Shown: positions 28,101 through 36,547 of the stretch, one piece after another | How the letters are laid out: each line of letters starts with the position of its first letter | Position numbering within the stretch: position 1 is the stretch's first letter | Assembly: GCA_020849855.1 (NCBI GenBank) | Contig: JADZFO010000011.1 | Location: forward strand, 7,318 to 71,317 | Reading direction: 5' to 3' | Source: a bacterium | GTDB taxonomy: Bacteria; 4484-113; JAFGCY01 | Length of the DNA stretch: 64,000 nt | Made by a program: the position numbers and the translations under genes | The notes under the pieces: generated by a model | The model's database searches: none | The model's input: only the letters and a program-made list of their open reading frames with translations | What the model was told of the DNA's origin: nothing

Positions 28101-29144
28101 GCCGTGGCCGCCAGGCCGCAGGAGGCCCGCAGCTGGCTGGACTGGCTGGCCTTGCAGCTGGGCCCGCAGCTGCTGCAGTGCCTGGAAGAGGGCAGCGCGG
28201 AGCTGGCCGAGGCGCAGGCGCGAATCAGCCTGCAGCTAATGCTGCCGGGCGGAGCGGCGGCGGCGGAGCATGACGGAGGCGCGGCGCAGGAGCAGGACCC
28301 GCTGGCGGCCGCGCTGCTGCGCGACCAGGGCCGCGGGATGCTGAGGCTGCTGGAGGCGGCAGGAGCGCAGTCGGCCCAGCAGCGCCTGCCGGGCAAACTG
28401 AGCGTCAGCCACATCGCGCACCAGCCGCCTGCGCAGTCTGGCCCGGATGCCCCGGACAGCGAGTTTGTGCTGGAGGGCTTTGAGCAGCCAGCCATTGAGC
28501 TGCGCGATTACCAGCCCCCGCGGCTGCTGTCCAGCAGCGAAGCTGACACAGAAGAAGCTGTCCTTGCCGGGCCGGATCCGCGCGCTCTTGGTACGGCCAC
28601 ACACCGCCTGTTGCAGGAGCTGGACCCGGCGGCGCCGGGCTTTGCGCGCTATGCGGTGCGCGAAGAGCTGGCCGGGCTGCGCGATGCCCTGCTGCAGCGC
28701 GGGCTGCTGGATCCGCTGGCGGCCTCTGCTTTGAGGCTGGACCGCATCGCCGCGCTGGTCACGGAGCTGCAGCCGCGGGCCCGGGCGCTGCTGGCCGAGG
28801 GTGGCCAGGCCTGGCGCGAGCTGCCCATCGGCCTTTTGGTGCCCGAGGCCGAGCTGGCCCGCCTGCCGGCTTTCAGCGCGGGCCAGGCCGCAGACAGCGC
28901 ATATGGCAGCGGCAGTGTGTATGTCCAGGGCACCATCGACCTGCTGCTGGCGGGTCGCACAGAAGCGCTGATAGTGGACTACAAGACCGACCGCGGCGCA
29001 TCTGCAGAGACCCTGCTTGCGCGCTACAGCCAGCAGCTTGAGTGGTACGCGCGGGCTGTGCGGCTGCTTCTGCCCTCGCACAGTGTGCGCTGGGCGATAT
29101 ATGGCCTCGACCGCGCCGGCTTGGTGCTGCCGGATATAGCCTGA
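25128..29144 (+). CDS. addA: ATP-dependent helicase/nuclease subunit A (AddA/RexA-like)
   Basis: WTAAQ..AI, SAAAGSGKT, TFTNAAAAEL, LVDEYQDTS, VGDVKQSIYSFR, TVHQSKGLEF, EELRLLYVALTRA, QGTIDLL..VDYKTD. ATGA overlap with addB fixes the start at 25128. Confidence 0.95.
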   Translation: MSGRRWTAAQLEAINARDCELAVSAAAGSGKTSVLVERVLRCALGQQLDAQGLARDSAALAIPLDRLLIATFTNAAAAELRSRLHEQLGRELQRRVEAGQPTRLLREQLALLPLASIGTLHGFCLELIRRYGHEQGLASSRVLSEHESRLLLHEQASRFLDEKLGSGQEELLRLGLDWGGQDGVGAEDLSRSSAGRGLRPLLLMVYELRRSLPDHEAWYSQHLGWADLDPQNCDPGHPLLAAQIEELRAWRDRWIASDAAFGLSLGSELPDAGFLQTIAARRLALQDLRLDLHWDKLGIHLDESLRKTRLDLPHKPALTEGYRRDIDKESPWYERIPQYNSAFAEEIKDWQEHFSRRPFAQVAADENHVRGQISLLWSLAADFEQRISAYKRERGWLDYSDMERGALELLSARDEAGRPLRDESGGLRPSSVALELRSRYLAVLVDEYQDTSPLQAALLELVCPELPLPDGSGSFRPRFVVGDVKQSIYSFRLAEPELFIRLQARLRSAEMAGQRLVLLRENFRSRRGVVAGINRLLGGLMSLELGGEDYAEAALIYSAGYEAFESEAQTAARQAEPALRISLVPEPEPSPSEDALPERESSMEEPATEEEGPGGGEDEDSPELQRSVYRAVARRLLELKAEADGGHLTVLDHAIGALRPAQWGDMVILLRSTRGRVETLREELERAGVPCLALGRSGFYERPEVLDALSLLKVLDNPLQDTALAALLRGPALGLSAQELLQVARPDIFAAQDEGADAGPLPTSREPLWLRLRYSAARHPDGGLRARLLLFIARLEHWRDLARDEPLNLLLHRLYREAGLLAAAAAQDRAQQRRANLEELLRLAGEFSSFERQGISRFLQFIESSRRAAGDTGEAVLGESGQQQVRILTVHQSKGLEFPIVLLPDLQRRFNQQDLGRDLLWHPRAGLGGRFYDYQARPPRRAVTLQLEQVRRAKRADLLSEELRLLYVALTRARERLELISGLPRSFKAEKAVAARPQEARSWLDWLALQLGPQLLQCLEEGSAELAEAQARISLQLMLPGGAAAAEHDGGAAQEQDPLAAALLRDQGRGMLRLLEAAGAQSAQQRLPGKLSVSHIAHQPPAQSGPDAPDSEFVLEGFEQPAIELRDYQPPRLLSSSEADTEEAVLAGPDPRALGTATHRLLQELDPAAPGFARYAVREELAGLRDALLQRGLLDPLAASALRLDRIAALVTELQPRARALLAEGGQAWRELPIGLLVPEAELARLPAFSAGQAADSAYGSGSVYVQGTIDLLLAGRTEALIVDYKTDRGASAETLLARYSQQLEWYARAVRLLLPSHSVRWAIYGLDRAGLVLPDIA

Positions 29145-29258
29145 GCCGGTGCTGGCTAAGCCCGCATCATCCCTCCGCAAAGACAGAGGAAAGGGCGGGA
29201 TTGCCTCCGACCTGATGGTTCAAGTTAGCTGCGGGCGGTGCCTCAGTAAGTTTGCAGT

Positions 29259-30023
29259 TCAATCAGGATGCCGAACTGCATCTCCACCGTAGTAGGTGAA
29301 AACATCCCTGAAAAGCACCTCGTTAGCCTGCTCGCCATAGGCGGTGACTTGGATCGCACCGCTGAGGGGCATTCCCTCGCTTGGGGTACTCAACAGCAGT
29401 TCTCCGGACTCCAGGTTTCGAATCTCATCCTCTGTCAAGGCTCGGAAATCCAGCGCCAGTGGAGCCCAGGCTGAGCTTTCAAATGACGTGTAGTACTTGC
29501 CTGTCAGCGGGTCAATGCTGTAAAGGGCCTGACACAGTTGAGTTCGCGCGTCACTATTCTTGAATTGCTCCCAAGAACTGCCATCAGTAAACCTTGCACT
29601 AAGTAGATCGGCCCCATCTTTGGGCATTACGCCATGTGCGAAGTAGTACTGGCCAACATAGTGGGCAGTAGTTGGGAGCGAAGCAGTAGTCTGTCCGCAT
29701 AGAACGGCACCCAGTCGCTTCAGGTCCTTTGGGCTCAGCTCCGACGAAACTACCTGCTTGCCTTCGCATCTGCGGTACTCGTCCAGCAGCGAACGCGCGG
29801 AGTCAGGCATGGAGGCCTGAGACGAAGCCAGTGTGTGGATAGTGACTTGTTCCGCGAAATTGGCTTCCAAGTCTGAGCTGACCAAGGCCTGCCTTATCTT
29901 CGCTGCGGAATAAACGTACTGGCGGTCGTTGACCTGCTGAGCAGACTCGGAATTGACGCAGCCAGTCAGTGCTTGCAGCAACCCGAACAGTAGTGAGCAG
30001 GCAAGAAGAGAATCGCGAATCAT
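29259..30023 (-). CDS. Hypothetical lipoprotein (island paralog B)
   Basis: Lipobox LTGC; lower GC; shares blocks with 30606-31409. Confidence 0.7.
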   Translation of the reverse strand: MIRDSLLACSLLFGLLQALTGCVNSESAQQVNDRQYVYSAAKIRQALVSSDLEANFAEQVTIHTLASSQASMPDSARSLLDEYRRCEGKQVVSSELSPKDLKRLGAVLCGQTTASLPTTAHYVGQYYFAHGVMPKDGADLLSARFTDGSSWEQFKNSDARTQLCQALYSIDPLTGKYYTSFESSAWAPLALDFRALTEDEIRNLESGELLLSTPSEGMPLSGAIQVTAYGEQANEVLFRDVFTYYGGDAVRHPD

Positions 30024-30060
30024 AGAAACCTCCCTGGGAAGTTGGATGCTGGCTGCCGCG

Positions 30061-30549
30061 TTAGCAGTCTTCGCACAAATAGAATACGTAGGCCTCTCCC
30101 CACTGACTCATACTGCAAGGCATATCTGCGCCAGCTGTGCATCGGCAGACGTCGCGAGTGAAACTGCGCCGCCTGATGTTTGATTTGATCAGGTTTCCGA
30201 CCCCATCCCTTGCGTTCATCTCATCGCTGTGTGACTCTGTCTCGATTGTGATGTAACCCTCCTCCGTGTCGGTATGACAGAAGAGCGAGAAGCTACCGCA
30301 GCAGTCAAAATTTACTGTGTTTGTGACAGAGAAATGCTCGGTCGCTACGTTGTTGTAGCAGCACCAGTGCGGAATGTTCAGAGATTGATGCAGTAGCTCT
30401 GCGTCCTCTACCCAAGCATCGGTGATTGGTTCGTCGGGGACTTCAACGCAGTCAGCATCATGCCCACTGCTCGTCGCGGGTCCCAATACAAGCCCTGAAC
30501 AGATGAGCAGAAGTACTAACTTAGAGCTCCTTAGCATAGCTGTCTCCAT
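30061..30549 (-). CDS. Cysteine-rich secreted hypothetical protein
   Basis: Signal KLVLLLICSGLVLG; 11 Cys after the signal in about 140 aa. Start 30549 (or 30537) lies downstream of a canonical promoter. Confidence 0.65.
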   Translation of the reverse strand: METAMLRSSKLVLLLICSGLVLGPATSSGHDADCVEVPDEPITDAWVEDAELLHQSLNIPHWCCYNNVATEHFSVTNTVNFDCCGSFSLFCHTDTEEGYITIETESHSDEMNARDGVGNLIKSNIRRRSFTRDVCRCTAGADMPCSMSQWGEAYVFYLCEDC

Positions 30550-30575
30550 TATGAATCTCTTGTGGAGATATAGGC

Positions 30576-30604
30576 AGTATATATATATATATGTATATTG
30601 GCAA
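30576..30604 (-). promoter_or_regulatory. Sigma70-type promoter TTGCCA-N17-TATACT with a (TA)7 microsatellite in the spacer
   Basis: -35 at 30604-30599, -10 at 30581-30576, TA run at 30578-30592. Confidence 0.72.
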
Positions 30605-30605
30605 C

Positions 30606-31409
30606 CTAAAATGAGGTGAAATCTCTGCCCGGACACCAATTGCCGTTTTCGCTAAGCGTCATCCAAAAATGGCCAGAGAAGAGTACGGTCCTGACCTTGG
30701 CGCCATATACAGTGACATGAAAGCCCTGCTGAATCTTCTCGCTTCTCTTTGCTCCAACCTGAACAGGAGGTATAGAGCCACCCCTCGTCTTCCTGATGGA
30801 GCCAAACCCCCTGAGTGGCACAATTCTGATTCCATAAGGTTCACCGCCAGATTCGAAGGATGTAATCAGCTTGCCGGTCGCAGCGTTGATTCCACTTTTT
30901 ACCAACGTCAGTTTGTCTTTGTCGATAGCCGTGTCGAAAGCTGCGTCACTGATAGTTAAGTGGCCCTCAGCTGTCGCCAAAATTCCTGAGCTAGCGACCA
31001 CCAGCTCTTGTCCGTCCTGTGGCAGCCTGCCATGCTCTGCGTAGAAGGACATAGCCTTGTATATTGGGAGTGTCCCATGGAACGTCTGTCCATTCTGCCA
31101 TGACAAGGACCTGACCAGTCTCAACTCCTGGGTACTCAGCGAGCTAACCTCTACACTGTTCAGCGCCAGGTTCCCCGGATAAATATGAGATTGTTGCTCA
31201 GGTATTGCAGTGCTGAAGTAGTCGGCGAGATCAAGGGCGGCAAGGCGGGTCCTAGTAGCTTGTGGTATGTCTGTGAATTGCGCGACTTCGGGCTGCCATC
31301 CCCAGAGTGCCATGCTTTGAAAGTCGCATACCCACCATGCGAGGACAAGAACCGTGCCTGCGGCGCCAAATGCCACAAGTGCTCTTATGGCCTTGGTCCC
31401 CTTTGGCAT
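30606..31409 (-). CDS. Hypothetical membrane-anchored protein (island paralog A)
   Basis: N-terminal TM (ALVAFGAAGTVLVLAWWV); starts 9 bp after the pilT stop; lower GC. Confidence 0.7.
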   Translation of the reverse strand: MPKGTKAIRALVAFGAAGTVLVLAWWVCDFQSMALWGWQPEVAQFTDIPQATRTRLAALDLADYFSTAIPEQQSHIYPGNLALNSVEVSSLSTQELRLVRSLSWQNGQTFHGTLPIYKAMSFYAEHGRLPQDGQELVVASSGILATAEGHLTISDAAFDTAIDKDKLTLVKSGINAATGKLITSFESGGEPYGIRIVPLRGFGSIRKTRGGSIPPVQVGAKRSEKIQQGFHVTVYGAKVRTVLFSGHFWMTLSENGNWCPGRDFTSF

Positions 31410-31418
31410 GCAGCAGTC

Positions 31419-32573
31419 CTAAATCCCGCCGACCGGCCCGGTCTGGGCGCGGGTGCGTGCGAACTGGTCGACGCGGTTGAGCACTTTGTCGGAGAAGTCG
31501 GTTTCCTTCTGCTCCAGCAGCTTGAAGTCGTGCGGGCTGGTGGCGGCGTTGAGGGCGGTTTCGTAGGTGATCTTGCCCTTCTGGTAAAGCTTGAGCAGGT
31601 AGCGGTCGAAGGTGATCATGCCTTCGCTCTCGCCTTCCTCCATCGCCATCTTGATCATCTCGGTCTTCTCGGGGTCCTCGATGAACTCCTTGATACGGCC
31701 GGTGGACTTCATGATCTCCATCGCCGGGATACGGCCGCCGCCGACCATCGGCAGCAGGCGCATCGAGACGATGGCCTTGATCGTTTCAGAAAGCATGATG
31801 CGGGCCTGCTGCTGCAGGCTTTCGGGGTAGAAGTCGACGATACGGTTGATCGTACGCACGACGTCCAGGGTGTGCAGGGTGGAAAGCACCAGGTGGCCGG
31901 TGAGGGCGGCCTGGAAGGTGGCGTTGACCGTCTCGCGGTCGCGCATCTCACCCACCAGCATGATATCCGGGTCCTCTCGCATCGCGCCGCGGACGGCGTT
32001 GGCGAAGGAGTTGGTGTCCACGCCAAGCTCGCGCTGGTTGATGATCGCTTCCTTGTCGTAGAGGACGTACTCGATGGGGTCCTCGATGGTCAGGATGTGC
32101 ACCGGGCGGCGGTTATTCACATAGTCGATCATCGAGGCCAGGGTGGTCGACTTACCGGAACCGGTGGTTCCGGTGATGATGATGATGCCGCGGTGCTCGA
32201 GGGCCAGCTCCTCCATGATGATCGGGAGGTTCAGCTCCTCGAAGCTGGGGATGCGGTCGTTGACCAGACGGATCGCGCTGGCCAGGCTGCCCTTCTGGCG
32301 GAAGATGTTGACGCGGAAGCGGCCGCGCTTGCCATCCTTCGTCAGAACATAGGAGAAGTCGATCTCGTTCTCTTCCTCAAGACGGTACTCGCGCTTGGGA
32401 GTCAGGAGCTGCTTGCACAGGCGCTCCATGTCCTCCTCGTTGAGCAGGTCGTATTCGCTGGGCATCAGGTCGCCATCGATGCGGTAGAAGGGCGGACGGT
32501 CGACACCAAGGTGGGTGTCAGAGGCGCCTTTCTTCATCATGGTGAAGAGGATGTCGTCAATGTGAATCGCCAT
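31419..32573 (-). CDS. pilT: PilT/PilU family type IV pilus retraction-type ATPase
   Basis: ASDTHL, GRFRVNIF, GTTGSGKSTT, ILTIEDPIEY, AMREDPDIMLVGEMRD, TGHLVLSTLHT. Confidence 0.92.
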   Translation of the reverse strand: MAIHIDDILFTMMKKGASDTHLGVDRPPFYRIDGDLMPSEYDLLNEEDMERLCKQLLTPKREYRLEEENEIDFSYVLTKDGKRGRFRVNIFRQKGSLASAIRLVNDRIPSFEELNLPIIMEELALEHRGIIIITGTTGSGKSTTLASMIDYVNNRRPVHILTIEDPIEYVLYDKEAIINQRELGVDTNSFANAVRGAMREDPDIMLVGEMRDRETVNATFQAALTGHLVLSTLHTLDVVRTINRIVDFYPESLQQQARIMLSETIKAIVSMRLLPMVGGGRIPAMEIMKSTGRIKEFIEDPEKTEMIKMAMEEGESEGMITFDRYLLKLYQKGKITYETALNAATSPHDFKLLEQKETDFSDKVLNRVDQFARTRAQTGPVGGI

Positions 32574-32644
32574 GTCGTTTCCTTGAGTGAAGCTGCCAGG
32601 CCGCAGCAGAGCGCGAGCGCTGCCCCGGCGCGTAGTACAGCCTG

Positions 32645-32653
32645 ATTATAACA
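32645..32653 (-). promoter_or_regulatory. Extended -10 promoter (TGtTATAAT) of pilT
   Basis: Consensus match about 70 bp upstream of the ATG; SD AAGGA present. Confidence 0.65.
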
Positions 32654-32699
32654 GGATCGGGCCGGCTTGGAAGAGGGCCGGTCCATCCCGGGCGCTGGC

Positions 32700-33098
32700 T
32701 CAGGGCTGGGCCGGTGCGGCAGAGCGCTGCAGCGTGAAGCTGCGCGTGTCGCGGTAGGGCGAGCCGTCCGCCACTGTTACATTTCCCACAAACTGCGCCG
32801 CCTCCGCCCCGGCGGGCAGGCGGATGCGAACCGTGGACTGGCGCTGGCTGGTCTCCTCAGAGACCAGAACCCGCTCAAACTCCGGCGGGAAGGCCCAGGT
32901 GACCAGGAAGGGCGGACCGCCGGTTTCCCAGACCGCGCTAAGCGTCACTTCGCTGCCACCGGGGGCGGGGGCGGGCACGCTGACGCTGTTAATGTGGACG
33001 CGGAAGGTGGGCAGCGGGTGCAGGTCAGAGTTCTTGGGGCCGCAGGATGCGAGAGCCATACAAACGGCAATCAGGACCAGGGACACGATCAGGCGCAT
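32700..33098 (-). CDS. Small hypothetical lipoprotein (single beta-sandwich-like domain)
   Basis: MRLIVSLVLIAVCMALASC lipobox; SD GAGGTG. Confidence 0.7.
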   Translation of the reverse strand: MRLIVSLVLIAVCMALASCGPKNSDLHPLPTFRVHINSVSVPAPAPGGSEVTLSAVWETGGPPFLVTWAFPPEFERVLVSEETSQRQSTVRIRLPAGAEAAQFVGNVTVADGSPYRDTRSFTLQRSAAPAQP

Positions 33099-33163
33099 AG
33101 TTCACCTCAGCCGGAAGTGCCTAGATTATGCCGCAGCCTGACCGGGCTGTCACAGCGTGATTC

Positions 33164-33715
33164 TCAGTCAGCATCCGGCGCAAGCAGATAAGCCTGCCAG
33201 GGGCCGGCGTGACCCGGGCCGCTGCTGAGCAGCAATGCAAGCTGCAGCTCGCCTGCGCGGAGCTGCGCGGAGCTTGCGGCAGGCAGTCCGCTGGCCGTCA
33301 CGCACTCGCTGCCCAGCCAGCGCCAGCTTTCAAGCGGGTGCACGGGTAGGCCTTCCCGGGCCACCGATTCCAGGCCCGGCGCAAGGGCCTGGACCCGCAG
33401 CTCAAAGCTGGCGCCGTCAAGCTGCAATCCGCCTGCGGCCAGCGCGGCAGTCGGGATGTAGTAGCTCTCCCGGCGCGAGAGCGGCAGGCGCGGGCCGGAG
33501 CTTTGGGCGAGCAGCAGCAGGGCCGCCGGCCGGCCCAGGATGCTGGGCACACCGGCGCGCAGGCTGAAGCCCTCGGGCTGCTCCACCAGGTCCACGAAGG
33601 CAATCTCAGGTGCAGGCCTGCAGGCGCTGAGCAGGCAGCAGACGCAAAGCAGCGCGCAGGCTGCAAGGCCGCGCCCGCGAAAAGTGCTGCTTTGCCAGTG
33701 CTGAATACAGCTCAT
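33164..33715 (-). CDS. Hypothetical lipoprotein
   Basis: LLCVCCLLSAC lipobox; follows the DegT gene on the same strand. Confidence 0.55.
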   Translation of the reverse strand: MSCIQHWQSSTFRGRGLAACALLCVCCLLSACRPAPEIAFVDLVEQPEGFSLRAGVPSILGRPAALLLLAQSSGPRLPLSRRESYYIPTAALAAGGLQLDGASFELRVQALAPGLESVAREGLPVHPLESWRWLGSECVTASGLPAASSAQLRAGELQLALLLSSGPGHAGPWQAYLLAPDAD

Positions 33716-33749
33716 TGCTGATCTCTGTCAGCAGATGATTGCACAGTAC

Positions 33750-35072
33750 CTAGAGCTCGACCACCGCCTCGCGGATTTTCGCTATGACGTAGTCCTGCTC
33801 GGCGCGGGTGATGCCGGGGTGGATCGGCAGGCTCAGCACCTCGGCAGCCGCGCGCTCGGTGACCGGGAAGTCGCCGGGGCGGTGGCCATAGATGCTGTAG
33901 ACATTCTGCAGGTGCAGGGGCACTGGGTAGTAAATCATCGCCACCACGCCGGAAGCACGCAGGTGCGCCATCACCGCGTCGCGGCGGGCCGGATTGGGCA
34001 GGCTCTTGCCGTGCGTGGGCGGTACCTCGCCCTCCGGATAGCGCCCGGAGCGGTAGGCCGCGCCGTCCTCGCTGTGTGCCTTAGCGCTGCAGCGGTGGGC
34101 GCCGGCCTTGATTCCGGCGGGGCTGTTGGCCGCGCCCCAGCCCTGGGGCGCCTGCCACTCGACCCAGCCTTCAGAAGAAACGCGGATCGTGTACTGGTGG
34201 TAGACGTGGGTGCAGCCTTCGGCCACCTTCGGGGTGGTGATGCCCGGGACGCCATCGAGATGTGCGTTGTAGTAGGCCGCAGCCTCGGCCCGCAGGCCGT
34301 TCCACTCATCCAGCTTGTCCAGCTTGACGTTCAGCACCGCGGCCTGGAACTCGTCCAAGCGGCTGTTCAGGCCGTCGCTGAGGTGGTAGTAGCGCTCATG
34401 CTGGCCATGGTTGCGCAGCAGGGTGGCCGGCTCCAGCAGGCGCTCGCGGTTCATCAGCAGCATGCCGCCGTCGCCGCAGGCGCCAAGGTTCTTCGTGGGA
34501 TAGAAGCTCAGGGCGGCAGCAGCGGAAAGGCCGCCGACCTTGCGGCCCTTGTAGGTGGCCCCGATGGCCTGGGCCATGTCTTCCAGCACACTGATGCCAA
34601 GGTCGTCGGTGATCGGCAGGATCTCGTCCATGTCCGCCGGGTGGCCATACAGGTGCACAGGGATCAGCGCCTTGGTGTTCGGCGTCACGGCCGATTCGAT
34701 CCGCGCCGGGTCGATGTTGAAGGTCTCGGGCTCGATGTCCACGAAGACCGGGCGTGCGCCCAGCCAGCGGGCGGCTTCCGAGGTGGCGATAAAGGTGAAG
34801 GGCGGGGTGATGACCTCATCCCCGCAGCCCACGCCCAGCGCGGCCAGGCCGATGATCAGCGCATCAGTGCCGCTGTTCAGCGCCAGGGCGCTCTTGGCGC
34901 CGCAGTAGGCGGCCAGGCGCTGCTCCAGCTCCTTGCCTTCCTTGCCCAGGATATAGCCGCCGCTGTCCAGCACGGCCAGCAGGCGCTGGGCCATCGCATC
35001 GCGGATCGGCGCGTGCTGTTCGGGCAGGCGCAGCGGGGGGACGTTCATCGAAGGGCTAGGTGTATCGCTCAT
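33750..35072 (-). CDS. DegT/DnrJ/EryC1/StrS family PLP-dependent sugar aminotransferase, with an internal insertion
   Basis: NSGTDAL, PVHLYG, EDMAQA, SFYPTKNLGACGDGG, NSRLDEFQAA, YYPVPLH, LSLPIHP. Start 35072 or 35048 (35168 in the ORF track). Confidence 0.93.
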   Translation of the reverse strand: MSDTPSPSMNVPPLRLPEQHAPIRDAMAQRLLAVLDSGGYILGKEGKELEQRLAAYCGAKSALALNSGTDALIIGLAALGVGCGDEVITPPFTFIATSEAARWLGARPVFVDIEPETFNIDPARIESAVTPNTKALIPVHLYGHPADMDEILPITDDLGISVLEDMAQAIGATYKGRKVGGLSAAAALSFYPTKNLGACGDGGMLLMNRERLLEPATLLRNHGQHERYYHLSDGLNSRLDEFQAAVLNVKLDKLDEWNGLRAEAAAYYNAHLDGVPGITTPKVAEGCTHVYHQYTIRVSSEGWVEWQAPQGWGAANSPAGIKAGAHRCSAKAHSEDGAAYRSGRYPEGEVPPTHGKSLPNPARRDAVMAHLRASGVVAMIYYPVPLHLQNVYSIYGHRPGDFPVTERAAAEVLSLPIHPGITRAEQDYVIAKIREAVVEL

Positions 35073-35229
35073 GGCGCGGGGATTATGGCAGATGCAGCGC
35101 CCGCCGGGAGCACTGCTGCGCTGAAATCGAGGACGCTTTTGGGGCGGGCGCGGGGCGGCCCGGGACATGCTAGGATTCTGCCCTTCCAGTCAAGGAACTG
35201 GTGGCAGCTTCTGCGGGGAGGCAGACTAA

Positions 35230-35973
35230 ATGGACAGCAATGCGGGCGCCCTGAGCAGCCTTGAAATCTATGACGACTTCAGCATCACCACCCCTGATGG
35301 TGAACCGACGCCGGGCAAGTGGGTCATCGGCCAGATGGTCATTGACGGCCAGGTGATCTGGACCTGGCGCGACAAGGATCTGCAGGTCAAAACTGGCGGC
35401 GGATACTGCGAGCTGAACATCCCGGTCTTCAGCGCGGAGCATCACGAGGTAGGGATCTTCGACAACCCCAAGGTGCTGTTCTGTTCCAGCAAGGTCTGGG
35501 AGCACGGCGGCCGGCCGATCCGCTTCGAGAGCCGGATGAGCTGCGAGTTCAACGGCGATCTGTCGGATTATCGCGACGGCTTCGCCGGCTTCCATGTGCT
35601 GGACTTCCATTCCGGCACGGTGATGGACGTAGTGGGCAATGGCAACCGGCTCTGGGCCATTGTCGAGCGCCTGCCGATCCCCGGCCTCGACAGCCCGGTG
35701 GAGCCCTTTATCGAGTTCCATGACCTGGGCGTGCAGTCCGCGCCGGGGATGGAGCACGAGGTGGCAGTGGAGTTTGACCCGCAAAGCCGCATGGCGCGCT
35801 GGATTGTCGACGGCAAGGTGGGCTATGAGCGCGAGATCCTGATGAACCCGCAGAGCTTCTTCCTGGCCTTCGGCCTGCTGACCCTGCACGAGCAGGTGGA
35901 TGGCAAGAGCGTGTCCAATAAAGGCCAGGGTGGCCGCGGCAAATGGGGCGCCTTCAAGGTGACGCAGGGCTAG
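35230..35973 (+). CDS. DUF6081-like protein (ConA-like fold)
   Basis: YDDF, DNPK, DYRDGFAGFHVLDF.SG.V.D...AI.ERL pattern recalled for DUF6081. Confidence 0.65.
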   Translation: MDSNAGALSSLEIYDDFSITTPDGEPTPGKWVIGQMVIDGQVIWTWRDKDLQVKTGGGYCELNIPVFSAEHHEVGIFDNPKVLFCSSKVWEHGGRPIRFESRMSCEFNGDLSDYRDGFAGFHVLDFHSGTVMDVVGNGNRLWAIVERLPIPGLDSPVEPFIEFHDLGVQSAPGMEHEVAVEFDPQSRMARWIVDGKVGYEREILMNPQSFFLAFGLLTLHEQVDGKSVSNKGQGGRGKWGAFKVTQG

Positions 35974-36410
35974 GGCGCAGGCAAGCCAGTGATGGTGCAG
36001 GTGTAGCCCAGCAGGTCATCAAGCGTGCTTTTGCGGCTGACGGAATGGCCCAGGCCACGCGAGCTGATGAACACCTCGCTTCGGCCGTCCATGCTGCGAA
36101 GCCTCAGGGCGTAGACGTCCGAGCCTGCCTTCATGGCCGGCTCCGGGTGCCAGCCCGCAGCGGCGAGTTCGCGGGTCATCAGCTCGGCGTTTGACATGGG
36201 GTTGCCCGGAGCGGTGAATTCGATCTCATAGCTGCCCGGAGAGGCATTGCTCAGCTTGATGTCCCGCGCGCCGGCGGGCAGCTTAAGCTCCGCCAGCGGC
36301 CAGCCGCTGGGGTACTCGCCGCGATAGGTGCCATCGCCGCAGGCGCACAGAACTGCCAGCAGAAGGGCCATAATGCCGCTGAGACCGGCCTGCCGCTTGT
36401 TTCGCATCAA
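35970..36410 (-). CDS. Small hypothetical lipoprotein
   Basis: IMALLLAVLCAC lipobox; GWP..EL.LP.GA motif. Start 36410 (TTG) or 36407. Confidence 0.65.
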   Translation of the reverse strand: MMRNKRQAGLSGIMALLLAVLCACGDGTYRGEYPSGWPLAELKLPAGARDIKLSNASPGSYEIEFTAPGNPMSNAELMTRELAAAGWHPEPAMKAGSDVYALRLRSMDGRSEVFISSRGLGHSVSRKSTLDDLLGYTCTITGLPAP

Positions 36411-36547
36411 AGAGCATCATATTCGCAGACTCGCTGCGCCGCCGGTTACACTCTGCCCGCGGTCAGGTCGACTGCATTTCCTTGCATACTAAACAATTGG
36501 CTGATCGGGCGCATCTATGCTGCTGCGATCCGCACCTGGGAGGAGCT

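Noticed and set aside
29194-31430. 9-bp inverted match (GGCGGGATT at 29194, AATCCCGCC at 31422) as island ends
   Set aside because: Short, GC-rich, one copy is simply the last pilT codons, and there is no transposase or target duplication.
32641-32655. CCTG-N7-CAGG around the pilT -10 as an operator
   Set aside because: Arms are only 4 bp, so not distinguishable from chance.
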